DNA from: an uncultured Bacteroidota bacterium
Lineage (GTDB): Bacteria > Bacteroidota > Bacteroidia > Bacteroidales > P3
Length of the DNA stretch: 64,000 bases
NCBI GenBank assembly: GCA_902762805.1
Contig: CACWPQ010000006.1
Coordinates: 64,695 to 128,694, forward strand
Direction: 5' to 3'
Each line of letters opens with the position of its first letter. The stretch's first letter is position 1. Positions 25,728 through 34,999 of the stretch are shown piece by piece. The notes beneath the pieces were generated by a model. That model saw nothing but the letters and a program-made list of their open reading frames with translations, did not search any database and was not told where the DNA came from. Both the position numbers and the translations under genes were made by a program.

Positions 25728-27935
25728 TTATTTCATGGTGAGCACCACGGTGGAGCCCTGGGCGGCTTTGCCCTTGAGGGATTGGGAGAAGACCTTGCCG
25801 TAGCCGCGCACACGGGCGCGGTAGCCCATGGAATGGAGCAGCTCGACGGCGTCCTTGGCGGTCATGCCGTAGCAGTTGGGCACCTGCCCTTCGGTGGGAG
25901 CATAGGGGATATAGGTGGCGGCGGTGCTGTCGGTGGCCTGCCGGTAGCTGACCCAGCGGCTGTCGGGGTCGGCAGTCTGGTAGGGCAGGCGGAGCAGCTT
26001 GTAGATGTCGGGCAGGTTGGTCTGGTCGCCCTTGGCCAGGGTGGGGCGTTGCTGGGCCTTGGCGCTGTCTTCCTGAAGGGTGGGCCAGACGGACTTCACG
26101 CCGCCGTCGCTCAGTCGCTTGTCGACAGCCACCACACAGTCGGAGATATCCTTGAAGACCAACGCCGCCTGGCGGCCATAGTAGGGGATGTCCTTGACCA
26201 CCACAAGGCAAGTGTAGCGCGGGTTCTCCGAGGGGAAGAAGCCGGCGAAGGAGGCGTTGTAGCGCTTGAGGTTGGCGTAGCTGTGGACGGCGGTGCCTGT
26301 CTTGCCGGCGATGCCATAGGTGTTGTTCTTGATGTTGTTGCCGGTGCCGTTCTCGCTGCAGATGCTGGGGTTGAGCACCACGGGCTTCACCTCGCGCTGG
26401 CGCCCGCGCTCGTCGACATAGGCGCGGCAGAAGAGCGGCTTCACCATGCGGCCGCCGGCGCCGAGGGCGTTGTAGAAGGTGATCAGGCGCATGGCCGAGA
26501 CATCGGTCGAATAGCCGTAGCAGAAATTGAGGAAGTCGCGCTTCGAGGCCCAGAGGTTGTTGATGTGGAGGTCGTATTCGCGTGCCTTGACATCGAGGTT
26601 GAGCTTCTCGTAGGGGAACATGCCCTCGACCAGCTGGCGCAGCGTGTCGCGCCGGTCGCTGTAGAGCTGCCAGCCGAGGTCGCACATACCGACGTTGGAC
26701 GACTGCTCGATGACGCGCTTGAGGCTCAGCGAGTCCCAGTCGCCATGGTCGTCCTTGATTTCGCCGTATTTGCCGCCGAAGTTCTTGTAGCGGGCGGGCA
26801 GACGCATGGTGGTGTCGATGGTGGTGTTGGGGTCCTCAAGCATAGCCGAGAGGATGACGGTCTTGAAGGTGGAGCCTGGCTCGTAGATGTCGCTGACGGC
26901 CACATTGCGGTCGCGCACCTCGCGGTAGTCGTGCACCGAAGTGTCGACAGCCAGGTTGGCGCAGGCCAGCACGTAGCCGGTCTCCATCTCCATCAGAATG
27001 GCGCAGCCGGCCGAGCCGCCGTACTGGCGCAGGGCTTTGCGGAGCGAGCTCTCGGCGATGTCCTGATAGCGGGTGTCGATGGTGGAGACGATGTCGCGGC
27101 CATCCACCTTGTTCTGCACCACCACGGTGTCTATCCTGTCGCCATCGGTGCGTTGGGGGATTTCCATGCGTTGGCGCGGCTCGTCGGGCAACCAGATGCC
27201 CTTGGTGAGGCGGCGGCAATTGAAGATGCCGTCCTGGCCGCGGAGGATGCTGTCGTAGTAGCCTTCGAGTCCGGTGTAGGTGTCGGTCGCACGGCTATTG
27301 CGGAAGCCGATGGTGTTGGCGGCCATGTTGCCGTAAATGTGGGCGCGCACCTGGCGGACGACGCTCTGCCCGTCGACCTGCTTCACCACGCCGCGCTTCC
27401 AGCCCGGCAGGCGGCTGATGTCGAGCCATACGGAGTAGGGCACATTGCGCTCGATGAGCGCACAGCGGCGCGACTTCTCACGCTGACGCCCTTTCAGCAG
27501 GCGGTCGCGGTAGTAGGCGGCGTTGTGCTGCGGCATGGCCTGGGCAAGCATGAGGCTGACGGTGTCGATATACTTGTGGAAGTTGGAGTCCACGATGGGG
27601 CCGGTCTCCTTGAGGATGCCCTTCTTGTCGTAGGTGGGATTGCCGTGGTCGTCGAGCACGGGGGCGTTGTAGAGGTCGAGGTAGAGGTCGCATTCGGTGA
27701 CGGTGGTGGCCAGGATCTTGCCGTCGCTGGAATAGATGTTGCCACGGCGGGCGGGGTCGGTGCGGAGGCCGGCCTCGCGCTTGCTGGCGCGGGCACGCCA
27801 CTCGTCGCCGTCCACAAACTGTATTTTGATGATGCTCCACACGATGGCGATACCCACTCCCAAAGTGAGGAGCAGGTAGAGCAGCGCCATTCCGCGTGTC
27901 ATCTGTGTGTCGTTGTCTTTCTTTTCTGTGCTCAT
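25728..27935 (-). CDS. ftsI: Penicillin-binding protein (class B transpeptidase, FtsI/PBP3)
   Basis: N-terminal TM helix, PBP dimerisation domain, STFK active-site motif (EPGSTFKTV), KTGTA motif, and a C-terminal PASTA-like segment. Confidence 0.93.
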   Translation of the reverse strand: MSTEKKDNDTQMTRGMALLYLLLTLGVGIAIVWSIIKIQFVDGDEWRARASKREAGLRTDPARRGNIYSSDGKILATTVTECDLYLDLYNAPVLDDHGNPTYDKKGILKETGPIVDSNFHKYIDTVSLMLAQAMPQHNAAYYRDRLLKGRQREKSRRCALIERNVPYSVWLDISRLPGWKRGVVKQVDGQSVVRQVRAHIYGNMAANTIGFRNSRATDTYTGLEGYYDSILRGQDGIFNCRRLTKGIWLPDEPRQRMEIPQRTDGDRIDTVVVQNKVDGRDIVSTIDTRYQDIAESSLRKALRQYGGSAGCAILMEMETGYVLACANLAVDTSVHDYREVRDRNVAVSDIYEPGSTFKTVILSAMLEDPNTTIDTTMRLPARYKNFGGKYGEIKDDHGDWDSLSLKRVIEQSSNVGMCDLGWQLYSDRRDTLRQLVEGMFPYEKLNLDVKAREYDLHINNLWASKRDFLNFCYGYSTDVSAMRLITFYNALGAGGRMVKPLFCRAYVDERGRQREVKPVVLNPSICSENGTGNNIKNNTYGIAGKTGTAVHSYANLKRYNASFAGFFPSENPRYTCLVVVKDIPYYGRQAALVFKDISDCVVAVDKRLSDGGVKSVWPTLQEDSAKAQQRPTLAKGDQTNLPDIYKLLRLPYQTADPDSRWVSYRQATDSTAATYIPYAPTEGQVPNCYGMTAKDAVELLHSMGYRARVRGYGKVFSQSLKGKAAQGSTVVLTMK

Positions 27936-27941
27936 AGGGTG

Positions 27942-28385
27942 TTATTTCTCTATCTCGTAGGGGGGGCCGGAGGTGATGCCGACTCCCGATTGGCTGAGGT
28001 CTTCGGCTATTTGGGATATCTTGACACTCTTCTGGTACTGTTTCTGCATCTGGATGCGATGCTCGCGGAGGTCGTTGATGCGTTCCTGCACTGCAATCTT
28101 CTCGCGACTGAGGCTCTCGACGCGGTAGCGGTTGCCTACAATCAGCAAGAGGAATATCAGGCAGAGGATGAGCAGGGGTATCTGCCGCAGCACCAACTTG
28201 TCAGCCAGCAGGTCGCCACCGAGCACCTTGCCCACCCCGCGGGCCACCTTGCCCCCCCTGGAGGAACGGGACTCGGCCTGCGGCGCGTCGGACACGGAAG
28301 CCGTCGATGCTTCGACCACATCGGGCTCCTGCACCTCGGGGGCGAGACCTTCCTCGACTACCTTTTCTCTAAACTTGTTTCCCAT
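27942..28385 (-). CDS. ftsL: Cell division protein FtsL-like
   Basis: Single TM helix (IPLLILCLIFLLLIVG) followed by a coiled coil. Lies between rsmH and ftsI. Confidence 0.75.
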   Translation of the reverse strand: MGNKFREKVVEEGLAPEVQEPDVVEASTASVSDAPQAESRSSRGGKVARGVGKVLGGDLLADKLVLRQIPLLILCLIFLLLIVGNRYRVESLSREKIAVQERINDLREHRIQMQKQYQKSVKISQIAEDLSQSGVGITSGPPYEIEK

Positions 28386-28459
28386 ATCAGTCTTCTAATC
28401 TAATCCCAGTTTATAATATCATCTATACAATATATAATATGTATTACAGTCTGTGTTGT

Positions 28460-29377
28460 TTATTGTTGACTTCTCAGTGCTCCCACACGGAGCCGTGCGC
28501 TGCGCGAGCGGGGGTTCCGAGCCACCTCTTCGTCACTGGCCTGCAGGGCTTTGCGCACCACAGGCTGCATGGGCGAAAGCAGGTTGCCGTAGAAATCCTT
28601 CTCCTCGCGACCCTCGAAGTTGCCCGTGCGGAGGAAGTTCTTCACCAGGCGGTCCTCGAGCGAGTGGTAGCTGATGACCACCAGCCGCCCGTCGGGCGCG
28701 AGGAGCTGCTGCGCCTGGAGGAGCATTTCTTTCAGGGCCTCCAGCTCGCCGTTGACCTCGATGCGGAGGGCTTGGAAGAGCATGGCCAGGTACTTGTTCT
28801 CCATGCCGCGCGGCAGGTGGTGGACCACGGCTTGCTTCAGCTCGGCGGTGGTGGTGATTTCGTGCTCTGCACGTGCTTTGACAATGGCGCGGGCCATCTG
28901 TCGTGCGTTGGGCAGCTCGCCGTAGAGCTTGAGCAGGCGGGCCAGGTCGTCCTCGGAGAGGGTGCACACGAGGGTGGCGGCGGTGGTGGCGGTGCGGCGG
29001 TCCATGCGGAGGTCGAGGTCGCCGTCGAAGCGGGTGGAGAAGCCACGCTCGGCGACATCGAACTGGTGGCTGCTGACGCCGAGGTCGGCCAGCAGGCCGT
29101 CGACCTGGCGCACGCCGTGGAGGCGGAGGAAATTGCGCAGGTGGCGGAAGTTCTCATTGATGAGGGTGAAGCGGGGGTCGGGGATGGCATTGCGGAGGGC
29201 GTCCTCGTCCTGGTCGAAGGCGTAGAGGCGCCCGTCGGGCCCGAGGCGGTCGAGGATGGCGCGCGAGTGGCCGCCGCCGCCGAAGGTGACGTCGACATAG
29301 GTGCCCCCGGGCCTGATGTTCAGTCCTTCGAGGGCTTCGGCGAGCATGACGGGTATGTGGTAGCTATTCTCCTGCAT
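28460..29377 (-). CDS. rsmH: 16S rRNA (cytosine1402-N4)-methyltransferase
   Basis: ATG at 29377 gives MQENSYHIPVMLAEALEGL...DVTFGGGGHS...DLGVSSHQ. The track start at 29422 is a 15-codon upstream extension. Confidence 0.93.
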   Translation of the reverse strand: MQENSYHIPVMLAEALEGLNIRPGGTYVDVTFGGGGHSRAILDRLGPDGRLYAFDQDEDALRNAIPDPRFTLINENFRHLRNFLRLHGVRQVDGLLADLGVSSHQFDVAERGFSTRFDGDLDLRMDRRTATTAATLVCTLSEDDLARLLKLYGELPNARQMARAIVKARAEHEITTTAELKQAVVHHLPRGMENKYLAMLFQALRIEVNGELEALKEMLLQAQQLLAPDGRLVVISYHSLEDRLVKNFLRTGNFEGREEKDFYGNLLSPMQPVVRKALQASDEEVARNPRSRSARLRVGALRSQQ

Positions 29378-29828
29378 CGTCGCTCCGGCTTGTGCCAAGC
29401 AGCGCTTCGGCCCGTTGGGCAAAGTCGCCGCCGGCGGTGTTCATACGGTCGTAGGCAGCGCGGTCCCAGAGCTCGATGAACTTGCCGGTCGATTGCAGTA
29501 CAACCTCTTTGGCCTTGGCGATGACGTGCTTCTGCTCGGCGGGGACGAGGAGGCGGTCGTTCGAGTCGAGCTCGATGATGTTGCCTTCGGTCAGCTTGCG
29601 CAGCAGTTCGCGGTCTTCGCGTCGGTAGGGGTTGAGCATGGCTTGGAGTTTCTCCACTTCCTCCCTGAAACTGGCATAGGTCCACAGCTCTAGGCACTCG
29701 GCATAGACGCTCTGCCGGATCACAAAACGGCCATCCTCGGTTTCCAACTGCCGCTTGAGGGCAATTGGGAACTTGAAACGACCGTTAGAATCGATCTTAC
29801 AGTACTCTTTACCAAGTATTAACGCCAT
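29364..29828 (-). CDS. mraZ: Transcriptional regulator MraZ
   Basis: 154 aa. KIDSNGRFKFPIALKRQL and ELDSNDRLLVPAEQK are the two MraZ/SpoVT-AbrB repeats. Confidence 0.93.
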   Translation of the reverse strand: MALILGKEYCKIDSNGRFKFPIALKRQLETEDGRFVIRQSVYAECLELWTYASFREEVEKLQAMLNPYRREDRELLRKLTEGNIIELDSNDRLLVPAEQKHVIAKAKEVVLQSTGKFIELWDRAAYDRMNTAGGDFAQRAEALLGTSRSDDAGE

Positions 29829-30099
29829 TTTTGCCTATAGATTTTCAGGTTGTAAAATTACGAAGAAATTTCCAATTTATGACAAAAAGTTCCTTTTTTT
29901 GTTTTTTTTAACCATTTTTTGTTGTTCATAACCATAAACGAAAATGCGCGGAAAAAGTTTCATTGAGGTAAAAATAATACACAAATCATTGCAATACAGA
30001 CACGTACATGACAACAAGCATGCCGAGGGCGAGGGGGATGTGCCTGTTGAAAACTTTTCGTGTGTGCACGACCGAGCCGGGGTGCCTCTCCGAGGGGGT

Positions 30100-30197
30100 G
30101 GGGAGCGGTAGGGGAACGGTAGGGGTTCTCTAGGGGAATAGTTCGGCCCTTTCGCATTATTACCCACCGATGGGTAATGGTGGATACTTTTGCAAAA
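30100..30197 (+). repeat. REP/MITE-like element, copy A (upstream flank of adhesin gene)
   Basis: ggggagcggtaggggaacggtaggggttctctaggggaatagttcggccctttcgcattattacccaccgatgggtaatggtggatacttttgcaaaa. Three TAGGGG boxes at 11-bp spacing, the hairpin ATTACCCA-ccga-TGGGTAAT, and a TACTTTTG box. Confidence 0.8.
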
Positions 30198-30225
30198 AAA
30201 ACGGTTTCGGATTAAAAAAAAGTTG

Positions 30226-30233
30226 TATCTTTG
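30226..30233 (+). promoter_or_regulatory. -7 promoter box TATCTTTG for the adhesin gene
   Basis: aaaaaaaagttgTATCTTTGCAcc lies 30 nt upstream of the ATG at 30264. Confidence 0.5.
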
Positions 30234-30263
30234 CACCTTGAAAAGATAAAGAAATTGCCCATC

Positions 30264-33200
30264 ATGACATCTGGAAGGACATATTCCATCTTATTGACAA
30301 TCACACTACTATGCAGCATTACAGCCAACGCGCAGAATTATATGGGGACCGACTTTTGGGTGGGCCATATCGTGAATGGGGGCGACCAACGCCCCCACAG
30401 CATCAAGATCACGGCCACGGGCGACACGGCCTGCCAGGTAACCGTCAGCCATCCCGCCACGGGGTGGACACAGACGTCGGCCCTGACGGCCGGCGGGCAG
30501 GTGACGTTCACGCTAACCGAGTCAGCCCTGCCCGAGCACTACTCGATGGTGGAGGCCAAGGGCTACCATGTCACATCCACAGCTGGGATTCAAGTGTCGA
30601 CGCTGTCCAGCGTGCTAGCATCATCCGACGCCACGGCCCTCATCCCGACGCGTATTTTGGGCACCCGCTATATTGTGCTTGACTATCCGGCCGACCCGAA
30701 CCTCGCCGCCCTCGGCGAGACGGGCGGAACGGTGACCATCGTGGCTACGGAGGACAACACCACGGTGTCCTACACCCCGCCCTGCGCACTCCACACCCTG
30801 CCCGGCGACCCGCCGGCGCCTGCGGCGGGCACGCCCACGACCCACACCCTCGCTTCGGCCGGCCAGACGGTCACCCTGCTGGCCAACAGTGCCAACAGCA
30901 GCCTCAGCGGGATGGAGATCACGGCGGACAAGCCCATTGCCGTGTTCCAGGGCAACCAGATTACTTACGTGCCGCATGGCAGTTCGAGCGCCGACATGAT
31001 GTATCACCAGTCGGTGCCGGTGGAGCTGTGGGGGACGGCCTACGGGCTGGTGACCACGGCTGGGCGCAGCGTGGGCGACCGCGTGAGGGTGGTGGCCGAC
31101 AGTGCCTGCACCGTCAGCCTCAGCGATGGGACCACTTTCAATCTGGCGGCACACGGGGTGCATGAGTTCGACTTGCCTGCCAACAGCACCCGCATGTTGA
31201 CGGCTACCAGCCCCGTCAGCGTGGGATTCTGCAGCAAGTCGTCCACCTATAGGGGCGAGGCGGGCGACGCCTCGCTGCTGATGGTGCCGCCCACCGACTA
31301 CGGCATCAGCCACGGACGTTTTGTCACCTACACGACGGAGCGCATCCACACATGGTATGTGGTTGTCGTGACCGACCAGCCGGCCGGCATGACCCACAAC
31401 GGCAACAACATATCCTCGCGCTTCCAACCCATCGGGACCACGGGCTACAGTTACGCCCGCTTCACGGTAACCTCCGGCACCCACCGGCTGGACCACGGCA
31501 ACGGCACGTTCAACGCCTGGACCTACGGGGTGGGCAATGTGCAGAGCTACTTATACAGCATCGGGCAGAGCTACCCACTGCCTGTGCCCGACCCCTGCGC
31601 CATGGGCAACGGGCAGGGCACCGACTTCTGGGCCACTTTCCTCTGCAACGACGACGACCCGGCCAATGCCGAACTCTCGCTCGTTGCCACCGGGCAGCGT
31701 GCGGCCGACATCACCGTCACCAATCCCGTCACGGGGCACACCCAGACCGCCCACCTCAACGCCGGCGGCATGGTGAAGATGACGCTGCCCACCGCCACCT
31801 CCATGCCCTCGGCGCAGCCGGACAACAAGGGCTACCACATCACCTCCACGGCCCCCATCACACTCTACGGCAACAACTATCTCCCGGGCAGCTGGGACTT
31901 CACGCAGGTGCTGCCCACACTGGCGCTGAGCCACCAGTACCTCGTGCAGAACTATCCCAACAACAGCAACCACCCAGCCAACATCGCCATCGTGGCCACG
32001 GAGGACAACACGCAGCTCACCATGGTGCTGCCCTGCACCGTGACGGGACTTAGCCTCCCCATAGGGGCCACCTATACCGTCACCCTCAATTCGGGCCAGA
32101 CCCTTCTGCTGCGCGCCAACAACGGGCAGCACTTCTCGGGCATGGAGGTCAGCTCGAACTGCAAGCCCTTCGCCCTCTTCCAAGGCTGCGGGGCGGGGCG
32201 CGTGGGCGACAACGGCAATTCCTCCGGCCGCGACCACTTCATGGAGCAGGCTGTGCCGCTGGAGATGTGGGGCACGGAGTTTGTGGCCACCGCCACGAAA
32301 GACCGCAGCGAGGGCGACCGCGTGCTGGTCACGGCCGGAGACGACAACTGCGCCGTCGCCGTCAACGGCACCACGGTGGCCACCTTGACGCGCGGACAGA
32401 GCTACGAGCACACCCTGGCCGCCAACAGCACGGCCCGCATCACCACCACGCAGCCCGCCTACGCCTGCCTCTACATGGCCAGTTACCGCAACGGCGGCAC
32501 CAACGGCGACCCCGGCGCTGCCACCCTGCCGCCCGTGGACCGGTGGGTGCAGCGCAGCAATTTCATGCTCGTGCAGTGCAACAACGACCCCAATAGCCAG
32601 TACTATATCGCCAATCCCTACATCAACATCATCGCCGAGAACTCAGCCGTGGGCACGCTGGCGCTCGACGGCACGGTGATTCCGGCCGCACAGTTCGCGC
32701 CCATCGCCGGCACTCCCTACAGCCACGCCCGCATGCACATCGCCTACGGCGCCCACCGCCTGGACGCCGGCGGCAGCGGCACCTTCGCGGCCCGCGCCTA
32801 CGGACTGGGCAGATGGGTGGGGTTCACCTATAACATCGATATGGATTTGGACTGCGCCGAGCGGTGCATTCCCGCGACCCAGCGCGACACAGTCCACCTC
32901 TACGACACCACCTGTCTGGGCATGCTCTACGAGGGCCACGGCTTCCGCTTCGACGCCTCGCGGTGCAGCCCGGGGACGTTCCACCTGTGGGACTCGACGG
33001 TGGTGGCCGACACGGTGCACATGCGTGTGCTGCACCTGCTGGTGCTGCCGACGGCGGAGACGCGCCTGCGGCACACCATCGTGGCAGGCGACACGTTGCG
33101 CTTCGGCGACACACTGATCACGCTGGCCGGCGAATACCGCTTCACCTACACGGCCGCCAACGGGTGCGACTCGGTGGTGGTGCTGGAGGTGGGCTACGAG

Positions 33201-33950
33201 GCGGCCGGCATCACGGCCAGCGCCGACGGCATCTGCCCGGGCGACAGCGTGGTGCTGACGGCCACAGGGCTGCACGTCTTCCACTGGACATCGGTCCCCC
33301 CCGACCCCACGCTGGCAGCGCAGGAGGGGCGCAACCCCATCACGGTGCGACCGGCCACGACCACCACCTACACCCTTGCCGACGCCAACGGCAATCCCAT
33401 CGCCAGCCACACCGTGGGCGTGGAGCCGCCGCCGGCGCTCTGCATCGAAGGCGTGCCGCCATACATCGATTTCGACCACCCGGTTATCATCATGCACGAC
33501 TGCTCGGAGGGGCGCCAACGCACGAGCTGGGACTTCGACGACGGGGCGCACTTCACAGGTGCACGCATGCGCCGCATCGTGCCCTACCCGCTGCCGGACA
33601 GCGTACGGGTGACCATGACGTCGTGCAACCGCTATGGCTGCTGCGCCGACACCACCCTTGTGCTCCCCACCTGCACCCTCTCGGTGTGGTTCCCCAATGT
33701 GTTCACCCCCGACGCCGAGAGCAACAACCGATTCGGCTGCGTGACCACGCACGAGGTGGCCGAGTGGGAGATGGACATCTACAACCGCTGGGGGCTCCTG
33801 GTGTGGAGCACGAAGGAGATCAGCCAGCCGTGGGACGGCACGAAGGACGGCAAGCCGGTGAAGCAGGAAGCCTACGTATACACCTGGCGCCTCAAGGACA
33901 TCCACGGCAACGTGCGCTCGGGCATCGGCACAGTGACCCTCCTGCGGTGA
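30264..33950 (+). CDS. Large secreted adhesin-like protein: two tandem IgGFc-binding-N-terminal-like modules, Cys-containing repeats and a T9SS type-B (gliding-motility-associated) C-terminal domain
   Basis: ATG at 30264 gives the signal MTSGRTYSILLTITLLCSITANAQ. Internal duplication GTDFWVGH...VTIVATEDNT... versus GTDFWATF...IAIVATEDNT.... C-terminus VWFPNVFTPDAESNNRF...IYNRWGLLVWS...WDGT..GKPV...YVY is a CHU_C-type CTD. The track TTG at 30231 lies inside the promoter box. Confidence 0.88.
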   Translation: MTSGRTYSILLTITLLCSITANAQNYMGTDFWVGHIVNGGDQRPHSIKITATGDTACQVTVSHPATGWTQTSALTAGGQVTFTLTESALPEHYSMVEAKGYHVTSTAGIQVSTLSSVLASSDATALIPTRILGTRYIVLDYPADPNLAALGETGGTVTIVATEDNTTVSYTPPCALHTLPGDPPAPAAGTPTTHTLASAGQTVTLLANSANSSLSGMEITADKPIAVFQGNQITYVPHGSSSADMMYHQSVPVELWGTAYGLVTTAGRSVGDRVRVVADSACTVSLSDGTTFNLAAHGVHEFDLPANSTRMLTATSPVSVGFCSKSSTYRGEAGDASLLMVPPTDYGISHGRFVTYTTERIHTWYVVVVTDQPAGMTHNGNNISSRFQPIGTTGYSYARFTVTSGTHRLDHGNGTFNAWTYGVGNVQSYLYSIGQSYPLPVPDPCAMGNGQGTDFWATFLCNDDDPANAELSLVATGQRAADITVTNPVTGHTQTAHLNAGGMVKMTLPTATSMPSAQPDNKGYHITSTAPITLYGNNYLPGSWDFTQVLPTLALSHQYLVQNYPNNSNHPANIAIVATEDNTQLTMVLPCTVTGLSLPIGATYTVTLNSGQTLLLRANNGQHFSGMEVSSNCKPFALFQGCGAGRVGDNGNSSGRDHFMEQAVPLEMWGTEFVATATKDRSEGDRVLVTAGDDNCAVAVNGTTVATLTRGQSYEHTLAANSTARITTTQPAYACLYMASYRNGGTNGDPGAATLPPVDRWVQRSNFMLVQCNNDPNSQYYIANPYINIIAENSAVGTLALDGTVIPAAQFAPIAGTPYSHARMHIAYGAHRLDAGGSGTFAARAYGLGRWVGFTYNIDMDLDCAERCIPATQRDTVHLYDTTCLGMLYEGHGFRFDASRCSPGTFHLWDSTVVADTVHMRVLHLLVLPTAETRLRHTIVAGDTLRFGDTLITLAGEYRFTYTAANGCDSVVVLEVGYEAAGITASADGICPGDSVVLTATGLHVFHWTSVPPDPTLAAQEGRNPITVRPATTTTYTLADANGNPIASHTVGVEPPPALCIEGVPPYIDFDHPVIIMHDCSEGRQRTSWDFDDGAHFTGARMRRIVPYPLPDSVRVTMTSCNRYGCCADTTLVLPTCTLSVWFPNVFTPDAESNNRFGCVTTHEVAEWEMDIYNRWGLLVWSTKEISQPWDGTKDGKPVKQEAYVYTWRLKDIHGNVRSGIGTVTLLR

Positions 33951-34047
33951 GGGGAGCGGTAGGGGAACGGGAGGGGTTCTCTAGGGGAATAGTTCGGCCC
34001 TTTCGCATTATTACCCACCGATGGGTAATGGTGGATACTTTTGCAAA
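33951..34047 (+). repeat. REP/MITE-like element, copy B (downstream flank of adhesin gene)
   Basis: Starts immediately after the adhesin stop codon. By eye it has 1 mismatch over ~97 nt versus copy A, in the same orientation. Confidence 0.8.
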
Positions 34048-34276
34048 AGTATCCGTCATGTTCAGTGCGGATGCGTGCAGGGGATGTTGTGGACATCCCG
34101 TTAGGGTTCATCGGCACGTTTTTTTTCTGTCTTTATATATGTGGTAAAAAAAATATCGGGCGTTAATATCGAAAATCAATATGATAGCTTGTGCGCTTGT
34201 TATCAAAATAAAAAAATAATTTTCATTGGATTTTTTTTGTAATCTTGCACCAAGATTTGAAGGTAAAATATACAAA

Positions 34277-34426
34277 ATGAACCCAAACTTTCGACATCGC
34301 ATGAATTTGCCCAGTGTGTTTGCTATCCTATTTGCCCTGGCGTTTCCTGTCTTGAGTTCTGCACAAGACCGCGTGAGGTGCTTGACGGGTACCCTTAAGT
34401 GTATAAGGCTGCCTTCAAAATCATAA
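34277..34426 (+). CDS. Possible 49-aa secreted Cys-containing peptide (speculative)
   Basis: MNPNFRHRMNLPSVFAILFALAFPVLSSAQ/DRVRCLTGTLKCIRLPSKS. A TAATCTTG -7-like box at 34240..34247 lies 30 nt upstream. Sits in an AT-rich island. Confidence 0.3.
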   Translation: MNPNFRHRMNLPSVFAILFALAFPVLSSAQDRVRCLTGTLKCIRLPSKS

Positions 34427-34459
34427 CCATATGCGGCAACCAATAAAAAACTCAACGAT

Positions 34460-34969
34460 ATGAAACATTTAGCAGTATTTTGCCTTATGGCGGCATTCCT
34501 TTCGGGTGCACTATATGCACAGGACACCATCGAATCGGAGTTCCCTGTGGAGAATCTGTTTTACAACAGAGAGCCGCTACGGGCTGGCACCTGCAGCTAT
34601 ATATCCTATCAACCAGAAATTCCCTTCCTATGAAGAGAAAAGGACGGCATATTACGAATCCCGCTGGCGCTATTTCAGGCCGGATGGTTATCAGGACTGT
34701 TCACTTCTTTTCCCCATCCTCACTTCCGGAGATACGGACACGACCAGCGGCGGTGGCGGCGGAGACACGCTGGCGGTGGAGGGGCCGGAGCTGCTGAGGC
34801 GCATGGTGAGCGTCAGCCCCAACCCAGCGTCGAAGGAGGCAAGGTGCTGGACTGCAAGGCTGAAGGCTTTGCATCCACAATCGACATCGCAGCCTGGCCC
34901 AGCGGCACCTATATGCTCCGCGTCCACACCCCGATGGGGGTTGCCGGGCGCAGGCTGGTGGTGCGGTAG
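34460..34969 (+). pseudogene. Degraded gene for a small T9SS-sorted secreted protein (at least 2 frame disruptions)
   Basis: Frame 2 gives MKHLAVFCLMAAFLSGALYAQ..., stopping at 34631. Frame 0 continues to ...MVSVSPNPASKEAR. Frame 2 resumes with VLDCKAEGFASTIDIAAWPSGTYMLRVHTPMGVAGRRLVVR*, the tail of a type-A CTD. Confidence 0.5.
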
Positions 34970-34999
34970 AACATGGTTGGGCAGTCTCCGTTTAGTGGC

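Noticed and set aside
29829-30099. MraZ operator (phased GTGGG-type repeats) upstream of mraZ
   Set aside because: I could not find a convincing array of direct repeats or a clean TAnnTTTG box on the minus strand in this region, so no site is reported.
30231-30263. Track start (TTG at 30231) for the adhesin ORF
   Set aside because: The TTG is part of the TATCTTTG -7 promoter box, so it is probably untranscribed. The ATG at 30264 gives a proper signal peptide.
34108-34530. 140-aa minus-strand ORF in the AT-rich island
   Set aside because: It has the low-complexity composition expected of AT-rich non-coding DNA. It has no signal or motif and overlaps the more plausible plus-strand small ORF and the pseudogene start.
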